Below are positions 25,287-38,700 of a stretch of DNA of 64,000 nt, one piece after another. The stretch lies in contig NW_003314324.1 of NCBI RefSeq assembly GCF_000143415.4, positions 819,379-883,378 of the forward strand. The letters run 5' to 3'. The position numbers and the translations under genes were made by a program. Source of the DNA: Selaginella moellendorffii (taxonomy: Eukaryota > Plantae > Lycopodiophyta). The notes beneath the pieces were generated by a model. That model worked only from the letters and a program-made list of their open reading frames with translations, searched no databases and was not told where the DNA came from. The stretch's first letter is position 1. The number at the start of each line of letters is the position of its first letter.

Positions 25287-25396
25287 GAGCAACGAGAAAT
25301 ACACCCTTGTGTTCTAGAAAATTTTCCAGTAGCTACAGAGAAGCTAGCAATCCAACCGACTGACCCTTAACGATCGATTGGATTGTAGCACCGAGG

Positions 25397-25729
25397 CTAC
25401 CGCTTCTTGAATCCATATTTCTTGCGCTCGTAGAAGAGATCGGTCTTGGCGCTGCCCAGGTTGACGATCTTGGGACACCCATCTCGATCCTTCTCCTGCT
25501 GCGTGCACTCCTTGCAGTAGTAAGCGTCGGAGATCCCCAATCCTCCACAGATGACGCAGCGCCCCTGGTAGGATCCATAGTTACACTCGTCGCACACGCG
25601 GACTAGGGTACACGGCCGGACGTAGGAATCGCAGATCACACACTTGCCATCGCACTTCTCGCACAGGCGACCGATCGCAATGCCCGGCTGCTTGCGGCAC
25701 ATGATCAAATCTGGATGATGCTTCGCCAT
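25397..25729 (-). CDS. PHF5A: PHF5A / Rds3 / SF3b14b splicing factor, intronless
   Basis: 110 aa matching the near-invariant sequence [30 protein letters not shown]...[14 protein letters not shown]. Confidence 0.98.
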   Translation of the reverse strand: MAKHHPDLIMCRKQPGIAIGRLCEKCDGKCVICDSYVRPCTLVRVCDECNYGSYQGRCVICGGLGISDAYYCKECTQQEKDRDGCPKIVNLGSAKTDLFYERKKYGFKKR

Positions 25730-25863
25730 GGCGCGCGCTTCCTTTTTCTCTCTCGCGAAGAACCCTACAAATGATAAACCCTAATCGCATCCGACGGCTT
25801 TTATTTAAGACACGTCGAATGCCACGTCAGCGACAAGGGTTAGGGCTTGCGAGAAAGAGAACG
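25730..25863. promoter_or_regulatory. Compact bidirectional promoter between PHF5A and the wound-induced basic protein gene
   Basis: 134 bp between divergent ATGs; telobox AAACCCTAA at 25776-25784, GCCACGTCA at 25821-25829, TTAGGG at ~25840. Confidence 0.6.
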
Positions 25864-26069
25864 ATGATCTACGACGTGAACTCGGCGCTCTTCCGGTCCT
25901 TCCTCAGCCAGAAGGGGGGCGCGGCGGATAAGAGGTATTTCTAGGTTTCTAGCGAGCAGCGCGGTGATTCTTGGCTTGGATTTTCGGTATTTCCAGGAAG
26001 AATGAGGATCAGAAGCCAAAGGAGCAGCGGCCCAAGGCCAGCGAGAACAAGCCGGTGATGAATGAGTGA
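25864..26069 (+). CDS. Wound-induced basic protein (47 aa, 2 exons: 25864-25934 and 25997-26069); absent from the ORF track
   Basis: Hand translation gives MIYDVNSALFRSFLSQKGGAADKR|KNEDQKPKEQRPKASENKPVMNE*, matching the conserved plant wound-inducible basic protein family; canonical GT-AG intron. Confidence 0.92.
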
Positions 26070-26978
26070 GAGAATAAGAGTAGCAGTGCAGCATCCTCCG
26101 CAAGGCAAGTGAGAGAGGATTTTGCTTGCATTGTGGCGATGTGCTGTGCTGTGATAACTCTCTTTAATTTCTTTTCTTCTTTCTTCTCTTCCTTTGTGGC
26201 GTTCGATCCACTCCTTCTAAGAAAAAACCAGTGCTTTTGAGTAAAGTCTCCTGCGTCCTCGATGATGATCTTGCAAGGCTAGAAAGTTGGATTTTCTCAT
26301 AGTTTTCTTTCACATCTTTGTTTTTTCCTTGTTGGTTTTGTTCTTCATCCTGACACCAGGTACAGACCCACTACGAGTTAACTTATCATAAGTTCACGAT
26401 GCACGAACTGGACAACGAAAATCTCTCGGTGTCAAGTTACCGCCCTCGGTGGAATCAACGGGTAAACTCCTCTCGTTAGTTTTCTCGGAACTAGTTACTT
26501 ATGTGGAGTACATGCAAGCAGGGTGAGAGCAGCGGTGGAAAAAGAATGCAATCACGCTCACAAGCTGAGCGTCAGAGAAAACAACTTGTCAGGCTCCCGG
26601 GACAGAGACTGGGGACAGGGACAGCGGACACACAGGTTTCTCGGCTGTGCATTCAATTCGCAACAAGCACCAAGGCATCAGATCAGAGGTTACTCCCCTC
26701 TTAAGTGCAGTCAGAAGGAGGAAAAAACAGGGGTGCCTCAAGTGATGGTGTAAGCAGATCTCTAGACTCGTGAACACACAGGTTTCATGGGAACTTGCGA
26801 AGGATCAGTTGCAGACGGGAGTAATGACCACAGACGAAATTTTCTTGTAGCGAAGGATGATTTTGGGATGCGGGTGTAGAGGTAGAGGGCGGAGAAATAC
26901 TTTTGGAACTTTGAGGAAGGAGAACTTGGGCGGTATTCTTTCTTCGTCTTCGTATGGTATGGTAGCTTGAGCTGAGCT

Positions 26979-28345
26979 ATGCCAGGTATCAATTGCCGCT
27001 CCGCAGCCACGGGGTCTTCAGGTACCAAGGCGGATGCTCCAGCAATCCAGCAGGGAAACTGGAAGTTTTACGACAACCCTTTCTTTGTGGCTGCGGTAGC
27101 ATCCGCTGTGGTGGAGGCCACGCTCGGAAAGCAAGAGCTTGTCAAGGATTGCAAGCAGGAGGTGGAGGAGGAGAAAAAACCCGAGCGGAATCATAACGGG
27201 AGAAGGCCGAGGAATTTCGTCTCCGGCCTTAGTCCGTCCCGTGCTGCTACTCCACGAACAGCGAGAGTTCAACAGCAGCAATCTCCTGAGGTGAGTGTTC
27301 TTGTCCTTCGTTTTTTTTCTGGGTTCTTTTGCGTTTGCAAAGTTTTCTCAGCATGTGAATGGTAATCTGTCAGATATATCTTGCCAACATTTTTTCATTT
27401 AGATTCAGGATTTGACTGACCTCTGCCATTTTTCACGAGCCAGTTTTGTATACTCCGACTGAAAGCGGCATGCCTTGTCTGCAGGTGAAAAAGAAACAGC
27501 AGACTGTTCCTGTCGAGGATACAAGCCAGAAACTCCGTTTGGAGCTTCTCAAAACGTGGACAACAGTCGAGAGGCTCGAGAAGGCTCACACAGCTGCCAA
27601 GTCGAAGCTGGAGCGGCTGTCCAGCAGGTACGAGGATGGCAGATCCTTATGGGAGTCTCAAGTCCAGGACAAGATCACGTCTTCGCTGCAGGCGATGAGG
27701 CACAAGCTCAAGGAGGAGAAGAACGCAAACAAGAGCCTCGAGCTTGCCAACCAGAAGCTGGAGGCCGAGCTTCTGGAGATCCGCAAGGCCATAGCGCAGG
27801 CAAAGAAGGACATCGTCGCCGAGAGAAACTCCAAGCGGATGGTAGAAGACGTGTGTGACGAGCTAGCGAAGGAGGTGGGGGACGACAAGGCCTTGGCTAT
27901 AGAGCTTAGAAGGCAGGCATCGGCAGCTAGGCGAGAAGCCGAGGAGACGAGGAAGGCCTTGCAAATGGGAGAGGTTTGGAAGGAGGAGAAGGTCCAAGGG
28001 AGGCTGGCAGAGGCGAGGTTTGGGATAGAACACCGGAACTCGGAACTCGATGGCGCCATTGCTAGAGTGGAAGGATTTCTAGACAACAGGAAGAAGCTGG
28101 TGGAGAAGGCTATGGATTCTTCCTCCACGGTGGTGGCCGAGAACAGCTCAACTGGATCTAGTCCTCGAAGTTCCAGCCAAAGTTTCGATAAGAGGATCTA
28201 CAAAGAACAGACGCGATTGCTCCTGAATGGCAGTGGATTCCACATGAGGAACAAGGCGTACGGTAGTGGTGGTGTTAAGAATGGAGTGAGAACACCAGCG
28301 ATTCCAAAGATCTGGCCAACGTCGAAGTCTCCAAATTTTGATTGA
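26979..28345 (+). CDS. Plant coiled-coil protein (BRANCHLESS TRICHOME / At5g41620-like family), probably 2 exons
   Basis: Long heptad region with ERNSKRMVEDVCDELAKEV and LQMGEVWKEEKVQGRLAEAR; donor at ~27291. The start codon is uncertain. Confidence 0.7.
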
Positions 28346-28649
28346 AACATACCTGTATGGTTGTAAGTCATCACATTATTTAAAAGCAATCACAAAAATT
28401 CATTGGTTGTCGCCAAACCCATGTAATCTATCAAACTTTATTGGTCTCTTCATTATCATCAAATTAGTTCTTCCTCTACTACAATCAGAAGGAAAAAAGG
28501 AGCGCGGGTGTTATTTGTGTGCACTAAAGTCTTGTTTTATAAGCCGGTTTGCTTTGCCTCCCCACAACCAAGAGAAGAAAATTTTGTCAGTGGAAGCATG
28601 CGGCAGAGAAAAGGAAAAAACTCCAACCATGGAAAAAAGAAGCCCGAGC

Positions 28650-29432
28650 TTAGTGATGAGAGCCATGGTGTCCTCCTGGAGGTCCACCAGGTCCAATGCA
28701 TTTGAGCTGCAAGAATTTGGGTAAGTTTTGAAAGAGAGAGCGATTCGAGTAAGAGAAACAAAAAAAAAACCGGCTTTTTACCTCGAAGATCTGTCCACAA
28801 ATGGAGCATTCGTGGCGCTCGTTCTTCTTCAGCTTGAACCAGATGACATCGTGTTCGTCATCTACAAAAAGAAGAAGAATGTGTCAAGTTCTCCAGAACT
28901 TGAAGCTTTGATTAAGTTGTTTGATCACAACTTACCTCCCGGGCCCCCTGGACATCCAACGATTCGCTCATCGTACCAAGACTCGATGATTGCTGGTTTT
29001 TCCTGTGAGGAGGAGCAAAGAAAAGGAGAAAAAGATAAAAAAGAGACCAAAAGGTAAAAGAAGATCACGCAAAGAGAGATCTTTAAGAAGAACACACCGC
29101 AGTTCCAAAAGGTCCAACCGGAGGTTCGTCCCATCTCTTCTTTCCCTGGAAATCGCCCACCAAGAAAGAATGTAAGCACACAAGAAAAGGAAAGAGAGAA
29201 AAAAGAAGCCGCTTTTCTCACTCACAGCTTTGGCGAATTCCAGCTCCTCGCGCTCCAGACCCGTGGCGATGCCGAGATCATCGATATCCTTGTCGTCGGC
29301 GCCACGCAAAACCCTCGACGGCGACGCAAAACCCAGACCTGCTATGCCTCTTCCCTGCGCCGCCATTGCGCATTCCAGCTGCCATGCTACCCCACGACAC
29401 GCCCTCACTCGCGCGAGCGCCACACGCAGCAT
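28650..29432 (-). CDS. COX5B: Cytochrome c oxidase subunit 5b, multi-exon
   Basis: Mitochondrial presequence; IATGLEREELE, PAIIESWYDERIVGCPGG, DEHDVIWFKL....HECSICGQIFE Zn-binding motif; ends GPGGPPGGHHGSHH*. Confidence 0.9.
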
Positions 29433-29536
29433 CTGGAATCGCCCAAAATTTAGGGCTCTTAGCCTCTCTTTCTCCCTCTCTACCTTAGCATAAACCCTAG
29501 TGAACGCTTTGCGTTTTAAATTCGATTCCACGATGA

Positions 29537-32434
29537 ATGCGGGCACTAGCGAGCGCCACATCGATTGGGCGCCGATCCATCTCCGCGGAGGAGCCAGCCA
29601 CCGCCGCTGGCTATGTCGCTCTCATCCGCCAGGGCTGCCGCTCCAAATCCCTGGCGGACGCGCGGGAGCTCCAAGCGCAGATCCTCCGCGCCGGCCATGG
29701 ATCCGACTCCAATCTCCAGCGCCTCCTCATCAAGCTCTATGGCGATTGCCGCAGCCCTAGCGAGGCAATCGCGGTGTTCTTCGCCATGCCCGCCCGCGAT
29801 CCATACGCGTGGAACATGGTTCTCACGGCAAATGCCCAGAACGGGCATCTTGTGGAATCGATCGAGTTCTTCGAGAAGATTCCGGAGAGAGGAATTGTTT
29901 GCTGGACTGCACTGCTCCAGGGATTCGCGAGAGCGAAAGATTTGCAGCAGAGCACCGCGATATTCGCTGCAATGCCCGAGAGAAACGATGTGACTTGGAA
30001 CAGTCTCATTGTAGCAAATACCCAAGCCGGGGATTTGCAAGGAGCGAGGGATTCGTTCTCCAGGATGCCGTGCTGGGGGATCGTGACATGGAACTGTATG
30101 ATCAGCGCGCTCTCGCAGTATGGCGAGGTGGATCTCGCGAAAGAGATCTTCGACGCTATGCCGGAGCAAAGCATCGTCTCCTGGAACGCGATGATGAATG
30201 GGTTCGTCCAGAATGGATTCGTGGAGGAGGCGCGCGGGCTGTTTGGCCAGATCCCGGAGCGCGGGATCGTCTCGTGCACGAACGCGATCCAGGCGTTCGC
30301 CAGCTGCGCGGATTCCAGCGGCCGGATCTTCGCGACGATGCGGCAGCGCAACGAGATCTCGTGGAACGCGATGATCCAGGCGTGTGGAACCGCGGGGCGA
30401 GTGGACGACGCCACCAGGGTCTTCGATCTGATGCCGGCGAGGGATGTGATCTCCTGGACGGCGCTCTCCACCGCGCTGGTCAACAGTGGCGATCTGGAGG
30501 GGGCGCGGTGCTGCTTCGATCGAATGCCCAGTAGGGACGTGGTCACCTGGAACTCGCTCCTCACGGGATTCGCGAACAAGGCCATGGCTGGCGACGCCAC
30601 CGATCTCTTCCAGAAGATGCCCTTCTGGGACTCCTTGTCATGGAACTCGATCGCGCAGGCTTTCGCCGAGAGTGGCGATCTCGCCACTGCCAAGGAGATC
30701 TTCGCCTGGATGCCCTCCACGAACATCTTCTCGTGGACGATCCTCCTAGCGGCGTGTGCGCAGGCTGGGAGCTTCGAGGATTCGAGGGCGCTCTTCGATG
30801 AGATGGAGCAGCGCAACGCTGTCGCGTGGAACGCGCTCATCACGTCCTATGCGCTGGGGCGCCAGTCCGAGCTCGCGGAGCAGTGCTTCGCGAAGATCCC
30901 CTACTGGACGATCGTTTCCTGGAATGCGATTCTACAGGCTTACGGGGAAACAGGGCGCACGGCCTCCGCGAGAGATCTCTTCGCCAAAATGCCCAAAAGA
31001 GATCTTATCTCGTGGAACATCCTCCTCACAGCAACTGCCCAAGGTGGGGATTTTCTGTACGGTAGATCTGTTCTTGCGAAGATCCCGGAAGCAAGCGTCG
31101 TGTCGTACACTATTTTGATCACCGCATGCGCAGAGAAGGGTATGATTCTTCTAGCAGAAGATTTGTTCCTCCATACTCCTGAGAATGACGTGGCGTCTTG
31201 GAACGCTTTGATATCAGCAAATGCCCGGCATGGGCAAATGCGTAATGCCATCGATCTCTTCAAGCGCATGGATCTCGAGGGCGCGAGGCCGGACGGGATC
31301 ACATTCGTGGGGATCCTTAGCGCCTGCGCTGCCAGCGGCGATCTTGCTACTGGTAAGCTGATCCATCACAGCGCTCTCGAGGGATCATCGCTAGACGATC
31401 CCGTGCTGGCCACCGCGCTCCTCGACATGTACAGCAAGGCCGGCGATCTGGGCGCGGCGATGGCGATCTTCGCGGCGATGGCGCAGAGGGACGTGACGGC
31501 CTGGAACGCGATCGTGGCGGCGTGCGCGCGCAACGGGCGATTCGACCGCGCGGAGCGCTTCTTCTGGGTAATGGCGGCCAGGGACGTGATCTCATGGACG
31601 TCGATGATCGCGGCGTTGGCGCAGAGCGGGCAGATCGATCGCGCGCGCTTCGTCTTCGATGAGATGCCGGACAAGGATCTCGCGGCGTGGAACGCGATGG
31701 TCTCGGCCCACGCCCAGCACGGCGATCCAAGGTCCGCGCTCAAGCTCTTCCGGCTCATGGACCTCGAGGGCGTCCACCCGGACGAGATCACATACGTTTG
31801 CGCGCTTGATTCGTGCTCCACCCTCGCGTCGCCCAGCACGGGAAAGATCATCCATGAGGATCTCTCCGCCGATGGGCTGGAATCCGCGAGCGTCGTCGTG
31901 ACTACCGCGCTGCTCAGCATGTATGCCAAGTGCGGCCAGCTCCATCGCTCGCGATCTCTCTTCGATCGGATCGCCAATCCCAGTGGCGTCTCGTGGAACG
32001 CGATGATCTCAGCATATGCCCAGAATGGGCATCCAGTCGAGGCATTCGATCTGTTTGCTCTCATGATCCAAGATGGCGCGCGCGTGGATCATATCACGTT
32101 CCAGTGCGTGCTGTTTGGATCCAGCCACGCTGGGTCGCTGGAGATGGCGATCAAATACCTCTCGTGGATGATGGGCGATTTTGATTGTGCTCCATTGCTG
32201 CCACACTTCATATGCGTGATTGATCTTCTCGGGCGATCTGGGCGGCTCCGGGATGCTGAGGAGCTGATCTACGCCATGCCCGTGGAGCCTGACGATGTGG
32301 CATGGATGACGCTGTTATCGGCGTGTAGCAGCCACAAGGATAGATCACGAGGAGGACGAGCTGGAACGTCGGTTCTCAAGCTAGATCCTTGTAACTCATC
32401 GCCATACGTTCTCCTCTCTAACAATTCAGTGTAG
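29537..32434 (+). CDS. PLS-class PPR protein with an E extension and no DYW domain
   Basis: Intronless 965 aa; short Arg/Ser N-terminus; many S repeats, then P-L-S triplets and HFICVIDLLGRSG..W.TLL...PYVLLSN*. Confidence 0.92.
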   Translation: MRALASATSIGRRSISAEEPATAAGYVALIRQGCRSKSLADARELQAQILRAGHGSDSNLQRLLIKLYGDCRSPSEAIAVFFAMPARDPYAWNMVLTANAQNGHLVESIEFFEKIPERGIVCWTALLQGFARAKDLQQSTAIFAAMPERNDVTWNSLIVANTQAGDLQGARDSFSRMPCWGIVTWNCMISALSQYGEVDLAKEIFDAMPEQSIVSWNAMMNGFVQNGFVEEARGLFGQIPERGIVSCTNAIQAFASCADSSGRIFATMRQRNEISWNAMIQACGTAGRVDDATRVFDLMPARDVISWTALSTALVNSGDLEGARCCFDRMPSRDVVTWNSLLTGFANKAMAGDATDLFQKMPFWDSLSWNSIAQAFAESGDLATAKEIFAWMPSTNIFSWTILLAACAQAGSFEDSRALFDEMEQRNAVAWNALITSYALGRQSELAEQCFAKIPYWTIVSWNAILQAYGETGRTASARDLFAKMPKRDLISWNILLTATAQGGDFLYGRSVLAKIPEASVVSYTILITACAEKGMILLAEDLFLHTPENDVASWNALISANARHGQMRNAIDLFKRMDLEGARPDGITFVGILSACAASGDLATGKLIHHSALEGSSLDDPVLATALLDMYSKAGDLGAAMAIFAAMAQRDVTAWNAIVAACARNGRFDRAERFFWVMAARDVISWTSMIAALAQSGQIDRARFVFDEMPDKDLAAWNAMVSAHAQHGDPRSALKLFRLMDLEGVHPDEITYVCALDSCSTLASPSTGKIIHEDLSADGLESASVVVTTALLSMYAKCGQLHRSRSLFDRIANPSGVSWNAMISAYAQNGHPVEAFDLFALMIQDGARVDHITFQCVLFGSSHAGSLEMAIKYLSWMMGDFDCAPLLPHFICVIDLLGRSGRLRDAEELIYAMPVEPDDVAWMTLLSACSSHKDRSRGGRAGTSVLKLDPCNSSPYVLLSNNSV

Positions 32435-32619
32435 AGTAAAGGAAATGCCAAGATAAATTCACATTGAGCTGATCAAACACTCATATGAAAGATCCTAAGG
32501 ATAGTGAGAAACCAATTTGAGATATGTTTTACCTCCTCATTGGGCATGTTTATCTTTGTTCTTTGTTTGACTTGGGTTTGAGACCAAACTTTATACCATG
32601 TAGACTTATATCCCAAGTT

Positions 32620-32750
32620 TATGTCCAGAAGAAGAAGTGTCATTAATTCAAAGGTCGAACCTTCAATTTTCTTGGGATATTTAGAAGGTATGAAAGAATA
32701 TCGTTATTCTCTCAAGAGTTGGAAAGATGGGATGTGCTCTTTGATAAGAG
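32620..32750 (+). mobile_element. Degenerate Ty1/Copia fragment (post-integrase SH3-like region)
   Basis: Translates to FLGYLEGMKEYRY...DVLFDK, matching the Copia FLGYSxxxKGYR...RDVxFDE motif; no intact ORF. Confidence 0.6.
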
Positions 32751-35700
32751 TAGTTGTACTAGGATTGCACTGAAGTTCCTACTCCTACTTTTGTGGAACT
32801 CCAAAGGGTAGACACACTTAACTCCTCAAAGTTCTATTGTTGCCTCTTGCTCCTGGTGGTGATAATGTGGTTCTTACTTTCTCTCCTACTGGTGATTCAG
32901 CCCCTTCAGGTGGTCTCATATCGATAACAGGTATTGGCCCCGAGTAGGCTCTATTCACAGTTTAGGGTTTACATTCAAACAAAGAAAAGATTAGATCAAA
33001 TGAAATGGGAAACTTGCCAAATGCATGATATACAGATGCACTATTTGTTACCTAGAGAATGAAGGAGGCTTTTATTTAGGATAAAGCTGAGACAATAACA
33101 ATCTTGACTCAAAACATTAGCAAATCCAGAGAGCTAAAGGCTCAAAGCCTTTGTAATCTAACACTTCTATTCAGCATTGTAATTAACAAAATATTTAGCA
33201 ACTTTGATAAAGAAAACTCTAATATACCTTCAATTTATCTGCTCTTAAAGCTGAAATTCTGTTGGACAATCAAGTTTGACAGAGTATGACACTCAATAAT
33301 CACACAGCTCCAATTCTCCAACAAGACCTACAACACATACCTTTTGGCCTTCAAAAGAATTCTCGTTAACAATAAGAACTCCAAATAAAGTTCTTTACAC
33401 CCACAAAAGATATAAGAACTTCTTTACCTCTTTGAGAAGTGAAAGTAAAGACATGAGTAAAAAGGCATCACTTACATAACAAATTGCAAGAATAAACATG
33501 AGAAAGCTTTCTTAAAGATTTCGCTTTGTAAAAGCAAACACAAACATACTATGATTGCTCTGAATTTTATGTTACACAAATCTATAAGAAACTTAGCAAG
33601 AGCTTTTAGCTTTACTCTTCCTTTCACCTCTAGCTACTTGGGCCACACATCAAACTTTGTCATGATGTTCACTATCAAATCCAAATGAAATCACACTATC
33701 AATAACCTTGATGGTGATTAGGAAACTTCAAAACTTTCACTCACAGCTTTGTCATTAGCACCACTCTTATCTAGAATTTTGTTATGAATCAATTCATTTG
33801 CCTAGCAAACTCCATCACCACCAACAAGATCTCTGACCTACCCACATTCCTACAGCAACGCCATAGTAGTGGTTGGCAAAGCCTTCCACCACTAACACAA
33901 AGACTTCTTTTTTTAAGATTGTACACCTTATAAAAGGTAAAACTAAAGTAATTGTTTTTTCAATTTTCTTAAATGGTCAAGAGAATACCAATATCCGTTC
34001 ATAGGAAATCAAGAAAGCATATTTAGATAGTGCTAAAGTTAAAGTGATAATTTTAATCACAATAATAATCTTAAAACTAATCAATATGAACTTAATCAAT
34101 ATACTAAAACATCACCATCAAAATTGTTATGCCATCAATCCTTCTTTATTGAGCTTCCTCTAGTCTTTTATCTAGTGCAATATAACACATCATAAGTGCT
34201 CCCATCCTAGAGTATGGGTAATTGCTCTTGATTAGATGATGATTTGAGCCAGTGGAACTCTAGTAAAACACACATTGCTAAAGCTCATTCTCCAATCTCT
34301 GAAAATACTTAAAGTTTAAGTTGAAAGGACTAATCTTTATTTAGAAAGCTAGAAGAAGACATATCATCTTCTTCCTCCATGAGAAACTATCTAGGAAAAT
34401 AAATAGTTTGCCCAAAATTAACAAGGAAGCAATCATCTTGTGGTGGAATTTCATTGAGAACTCCAAGTTTAAATTGCAATGCACAAATACCTGCAGGAAT
34501 CAAGTTTCTTGCATCATCCAATAATAACGCAAGTTGTGTCTATCTCCCATTAGCGGCTAATATATCAATCCAACTTTTACTAAAACCAAGTAATTGAGAC
34601 AATCCTAGGCCTCAAATCTCATAACCAGTAGAGGTTTACCTTAGTGTTTTACTAGAAATTATGTAGCATATACTGGCCAATTAGCAAAATTGTCATAAAA
34701 TTAGAATAGTATCAAAATAACAATTGTTGTTAATATGATCTAAAGAAAAATTAAGGAAGTAACTATAAATATGTATTTCTTTATAGAAAATTATCAAATC
34801 CTAGAAGCCAGAGTCTATATAGTTACAAAATCCAATTACAAACATATGATTAAAATATTATAAAACCAATTACTTCCTACAATACTACAATACACTTGTC
34901 TAGCATATTTTATCTCTCTCTTCTTAAGCTAATTGAAAAATGGGCAATTGCTAAATGAGAGAGTCCTTAGTGGCTACTTTACCCCTATACATCCTTCTTC
35001 AAATGTCCTTATTAACCATTAACTAACAACCCTTATTGAACCAAAAGGAACCACCTTTTAAAGATGTTAATGTCCTCATTAATTATTAACTAATTGAAGA
35101 CCCCTTTAAAGATGTCCTTATTTCTTTATGACCTAATCAGCATTTTAATCTTGATCAAGATCTAGGAGTTTAGGAGGCTCCCCCAACCCTCAAATCACAT
35201 GTCCTTGGTTTCCATGGTTTTTGGAAAAATCAAGATGATCTTTTGCTTGCTAATAGGTGCACAACTGTTTTCAGGTTGCTTTAGAACACACACACATAAA
35301 CCCATCATCCACGGGGAGGATCACAACATCTTTGTTTGTTATTGGACAAAGCATGGTAAGACACAAATATGACAAGTGCCTACTCTTGTATATGGGTCTG
35401 TGTTTGTGTAGTGAGAGTGGCAGCCAGAGATCTTGCAATTTCAAAACGTCAATCCAGATGGAGTGTGTTAGGTAAACGAATTGGTTTGTGAGGTAAGATC
35501 TCCCCATTCTTGATGTGATGAAAGAGTTCGCATAGATTGGGTTATGTTAGCAACTCCTTCAGCTGCAAAGGTTCTGAGATATTCTTTTTTACTGCAAGTG
35601 GGTTGCAATAGCTGTTCATCCATCTAGGGTATGATCAATTAGTAGTGGTGCTACCTCTCAGGCTTTTATCCTAAAACATATGAATCCTTGGAATGGGGAG

Positions 35701-38700
35701 CTGAGGTAGGGTGTGATTTGCTGAAACCCCAAAATTACATATGGAGCAGGATGATAAATGTGAAAATGGATCTAGGGCAGCTAATAATGAAGAGCTTCGA
35801 AAAAGCTCCTTGTAATTCTTTTTCTTAGTCTAAGCCTTGGGAAGCTGGGAAAGAAGATTATGTACAACCTTTCACAACTAGACTCTAAACTCTTATGTAA
35901 GTCTTAAGCTCTCTTTTTTCAAGTGTTTAAAGAATGTACACTATCATTATTAAACTATGTCCCAAAGAACTTTTGTTCTCTAGCTTGAAAGCCTCTTAAC
36001 AGTTATTATCTAGAGTGAGCTATGAACCTAGAGAAATCATATAGAGTACTATATTTTATTATGTGTTTGCTCTGAATACATATCTAGTTGTGTAATTAGT
36101 AAAGTGGTGTAAACAGTAAATAAGTAAACACTGAACTTTGCTATTATCCTAGCTAGAATTGGTCATAAACCAAGTTCTTTCTTCTTTCGGACATAATTTG
36201 GCTGAGTTAAGTAAGAATTTCTTTAATTTTAAATTAAATTTAATTTATGATAATACACATTTATAGCACACCTTCCCTTAAGCCAATTGGAAAAGGCTTA
36301 AGGGCTTGATGAGAGAGCCCTTAGTGGCTATTTTATCCCTATTTATCCCCCAAGGTTCCAAGGATCTATGGTGACAGTATATCCAAATCTCATCTCATGA
36401 TCAAATGTGCTACAACATTTGATTAATAATTTTACTAAGTGTTGGTATAATTGATTGTTAAACAATTTCATCATATTGTCCTAGAATTTTTTGGTAGCCT
36501 AACAATCTATAATCATAAGAAGGAGTTGCCAAACTTTTTGGACCATCAAATCTAGTCAATGGCATTTGTCTTATGGGGGTAACTATCAAAGGGTTATTTT
36601 TTAACCATGTCTTAATGAATAATACTGTAGAGGGAGGTTGTCAATTGCTTGGGCAAGAGAAGGTGTTATGACATATGTTATAAGCATGTATTGATTGCCA
36701 TTGACACTTAACTTTTTGGATTGTTCAATCTAGCCAATAAGGGTTATTACAATTGCAATCAAGTAATTACCTCTTTTTTAGTTGAAAGTGTGCTTCAAGA
36801 AAATGGCATGGGTTCAATTCTTATTAATTAGTGGCTAATTAAAATATAATATACTCTTGAGTAAGGTATATTAAAAATTAAAATCATATATATTAGGCAT
36901 CCATGAGTGTCTTATATAGAAGAAGGTATCTATTGTGGGACTATAAGATTAGTTGATTTAATACAAAAATAAAGGTGCTAATTCCCCTTTGCAAATAGGG
37001 GTTGTGAGTAAGGCTTTTTCTACTTGTACTTGCATTCTCACCTTTGCTTGCAAAACAGTGACAAATAAATAGAGACAAGAACGTAAAAAAAAAAGAGAAG
37101 AGAAAATAGAAAAGAATAAAATGTAACTCAACCTCAAACCCCAAAGGCATAAGTAAGGATAAGTATATGTCACTCTCTCAACTCTACTTTGCACTAACAG
37201 TCATAGGTAGGAGAAAAAATGATTAATTCAATGTAAATGTATATAATAGTGAGTGGGGGTTATTTTTCAACACATATAAGTGTTACTTAAATACTATATG
37301 ATTTTATAACCGTTCCTAATTGATTTTTGCCTAGGTTGGGTCTTTCTTCTTTGGATACTTAAATTTATATATAACTCCATTTCACCTAAGTTTCCTTCTT
37401 CTACTTTACCTGGGAAGATATACAAGATAAAACATTTACATCTTCATCACTCCTTCACAACAAAGTTACTACCTATTTTCAAGTAGTCAAATTCTCCAAA
37501 TCCTATTCTAGGTTGTTGAGCTTGGTCTTCATACTGACAAACTCAACATTTTTGCGTAGGTCGTCGAGTTCTTGACACATGATCTAGTTCTCTTGGTCGA
37601 GCATAGTGATATGCTAGTCTTGGCAGCTGATGTGCTTTGCATTGGTGGTTATGGAAGTAGGGATTGTGCTCTTGAGCTCTTAGATTATGTGGTGCTGATG
37701 ATTTTGCTTGCCTATAACTCCATCCATTTTCTTGGTGATTGTTTTGAGGTAGCTCAAGACTTACGCGTGGTACTTCATAGTTTCCTCATCTTCTACCGGT
37801 TATATCAGCTTGTCAACTAGCTGCTTACTTCCCTTTATGTGTTAAGTGAGCTCCTCCATAAAGTTTTGGACTATTGGCTCGCTAGGCTGACTTGCAAATT
37901 TGTGCACGAAGGCATGGCTAACCCTCACTTTATAATGCTGCTATGACGTCTGCTACTGCTGTGGCTACCTCATCTTGCTAGACTTATCAGCCGAGGGAGT
38001 GTTACTATCAGATGCATAGGTGGACTAAAGAAAATTTAACCCATACTCCTTTGATTCACCTAAACTGTCACGAATGTGACTTCGGGTATCAAAAGTTACT
38101 TGTCGGCTAGTCCTTTTGGATATTTTTTCCTTACTGCCACGACGGTAGGAGGTCGGTATTGCTGGACCCGTTATCAGTTCCCACTTGAGCTAGTTGAGAA
38201 ACTAGTCATTGACTGTGCACTTAAATCGGATAAACATAAGGTAGGAACTCCTATGTGTTTCTTGTTGAGCATACTCGGCCTGGCTTAAGAAACTCCTGTC
38301 ATTTGCTTGCACTTATTAGTATTAAGAACCCCCGCGATATTGAGCTTGGTCCCTCAATATCGCTAGATGATAGCTTACCATGTCTGCCAAACACTCTCGC
38401 TATCATGCCCTTTGTGTTAGTCTCATTTCGGTCCCAAATGCTATTTATGGAAAGTGTCCAGATTTGCTCATTTGGCATACCTATGGAATGTAAAGATTGC
38501 CCTGAACACAATGGTGTTCATCCCATGTCCAAATTTGCAATCTAGCACCATTCTATATTTAGTAAGTTTCAAGTTTGTCCCAGAGACTAACTCTTGGTAC
38601 TAAGGGAGGCTTGGGGTGAAAGCCCAAAGCGTGTGAGGCATAGTCTAGCTCCCGCTTGCGTGTCTGTTTTTGTTTTACGTCCAGCTTGGGTCTAAGCCCA

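Noticed and set aside
34923-36350. ~70-bp imperfect direct repeat (34923-34995 and 36277-36350) as possible LTRs
   Set aside because: Too short and degenerate, with no TG...CA ends or internal domains; treated as generic transposon debris.
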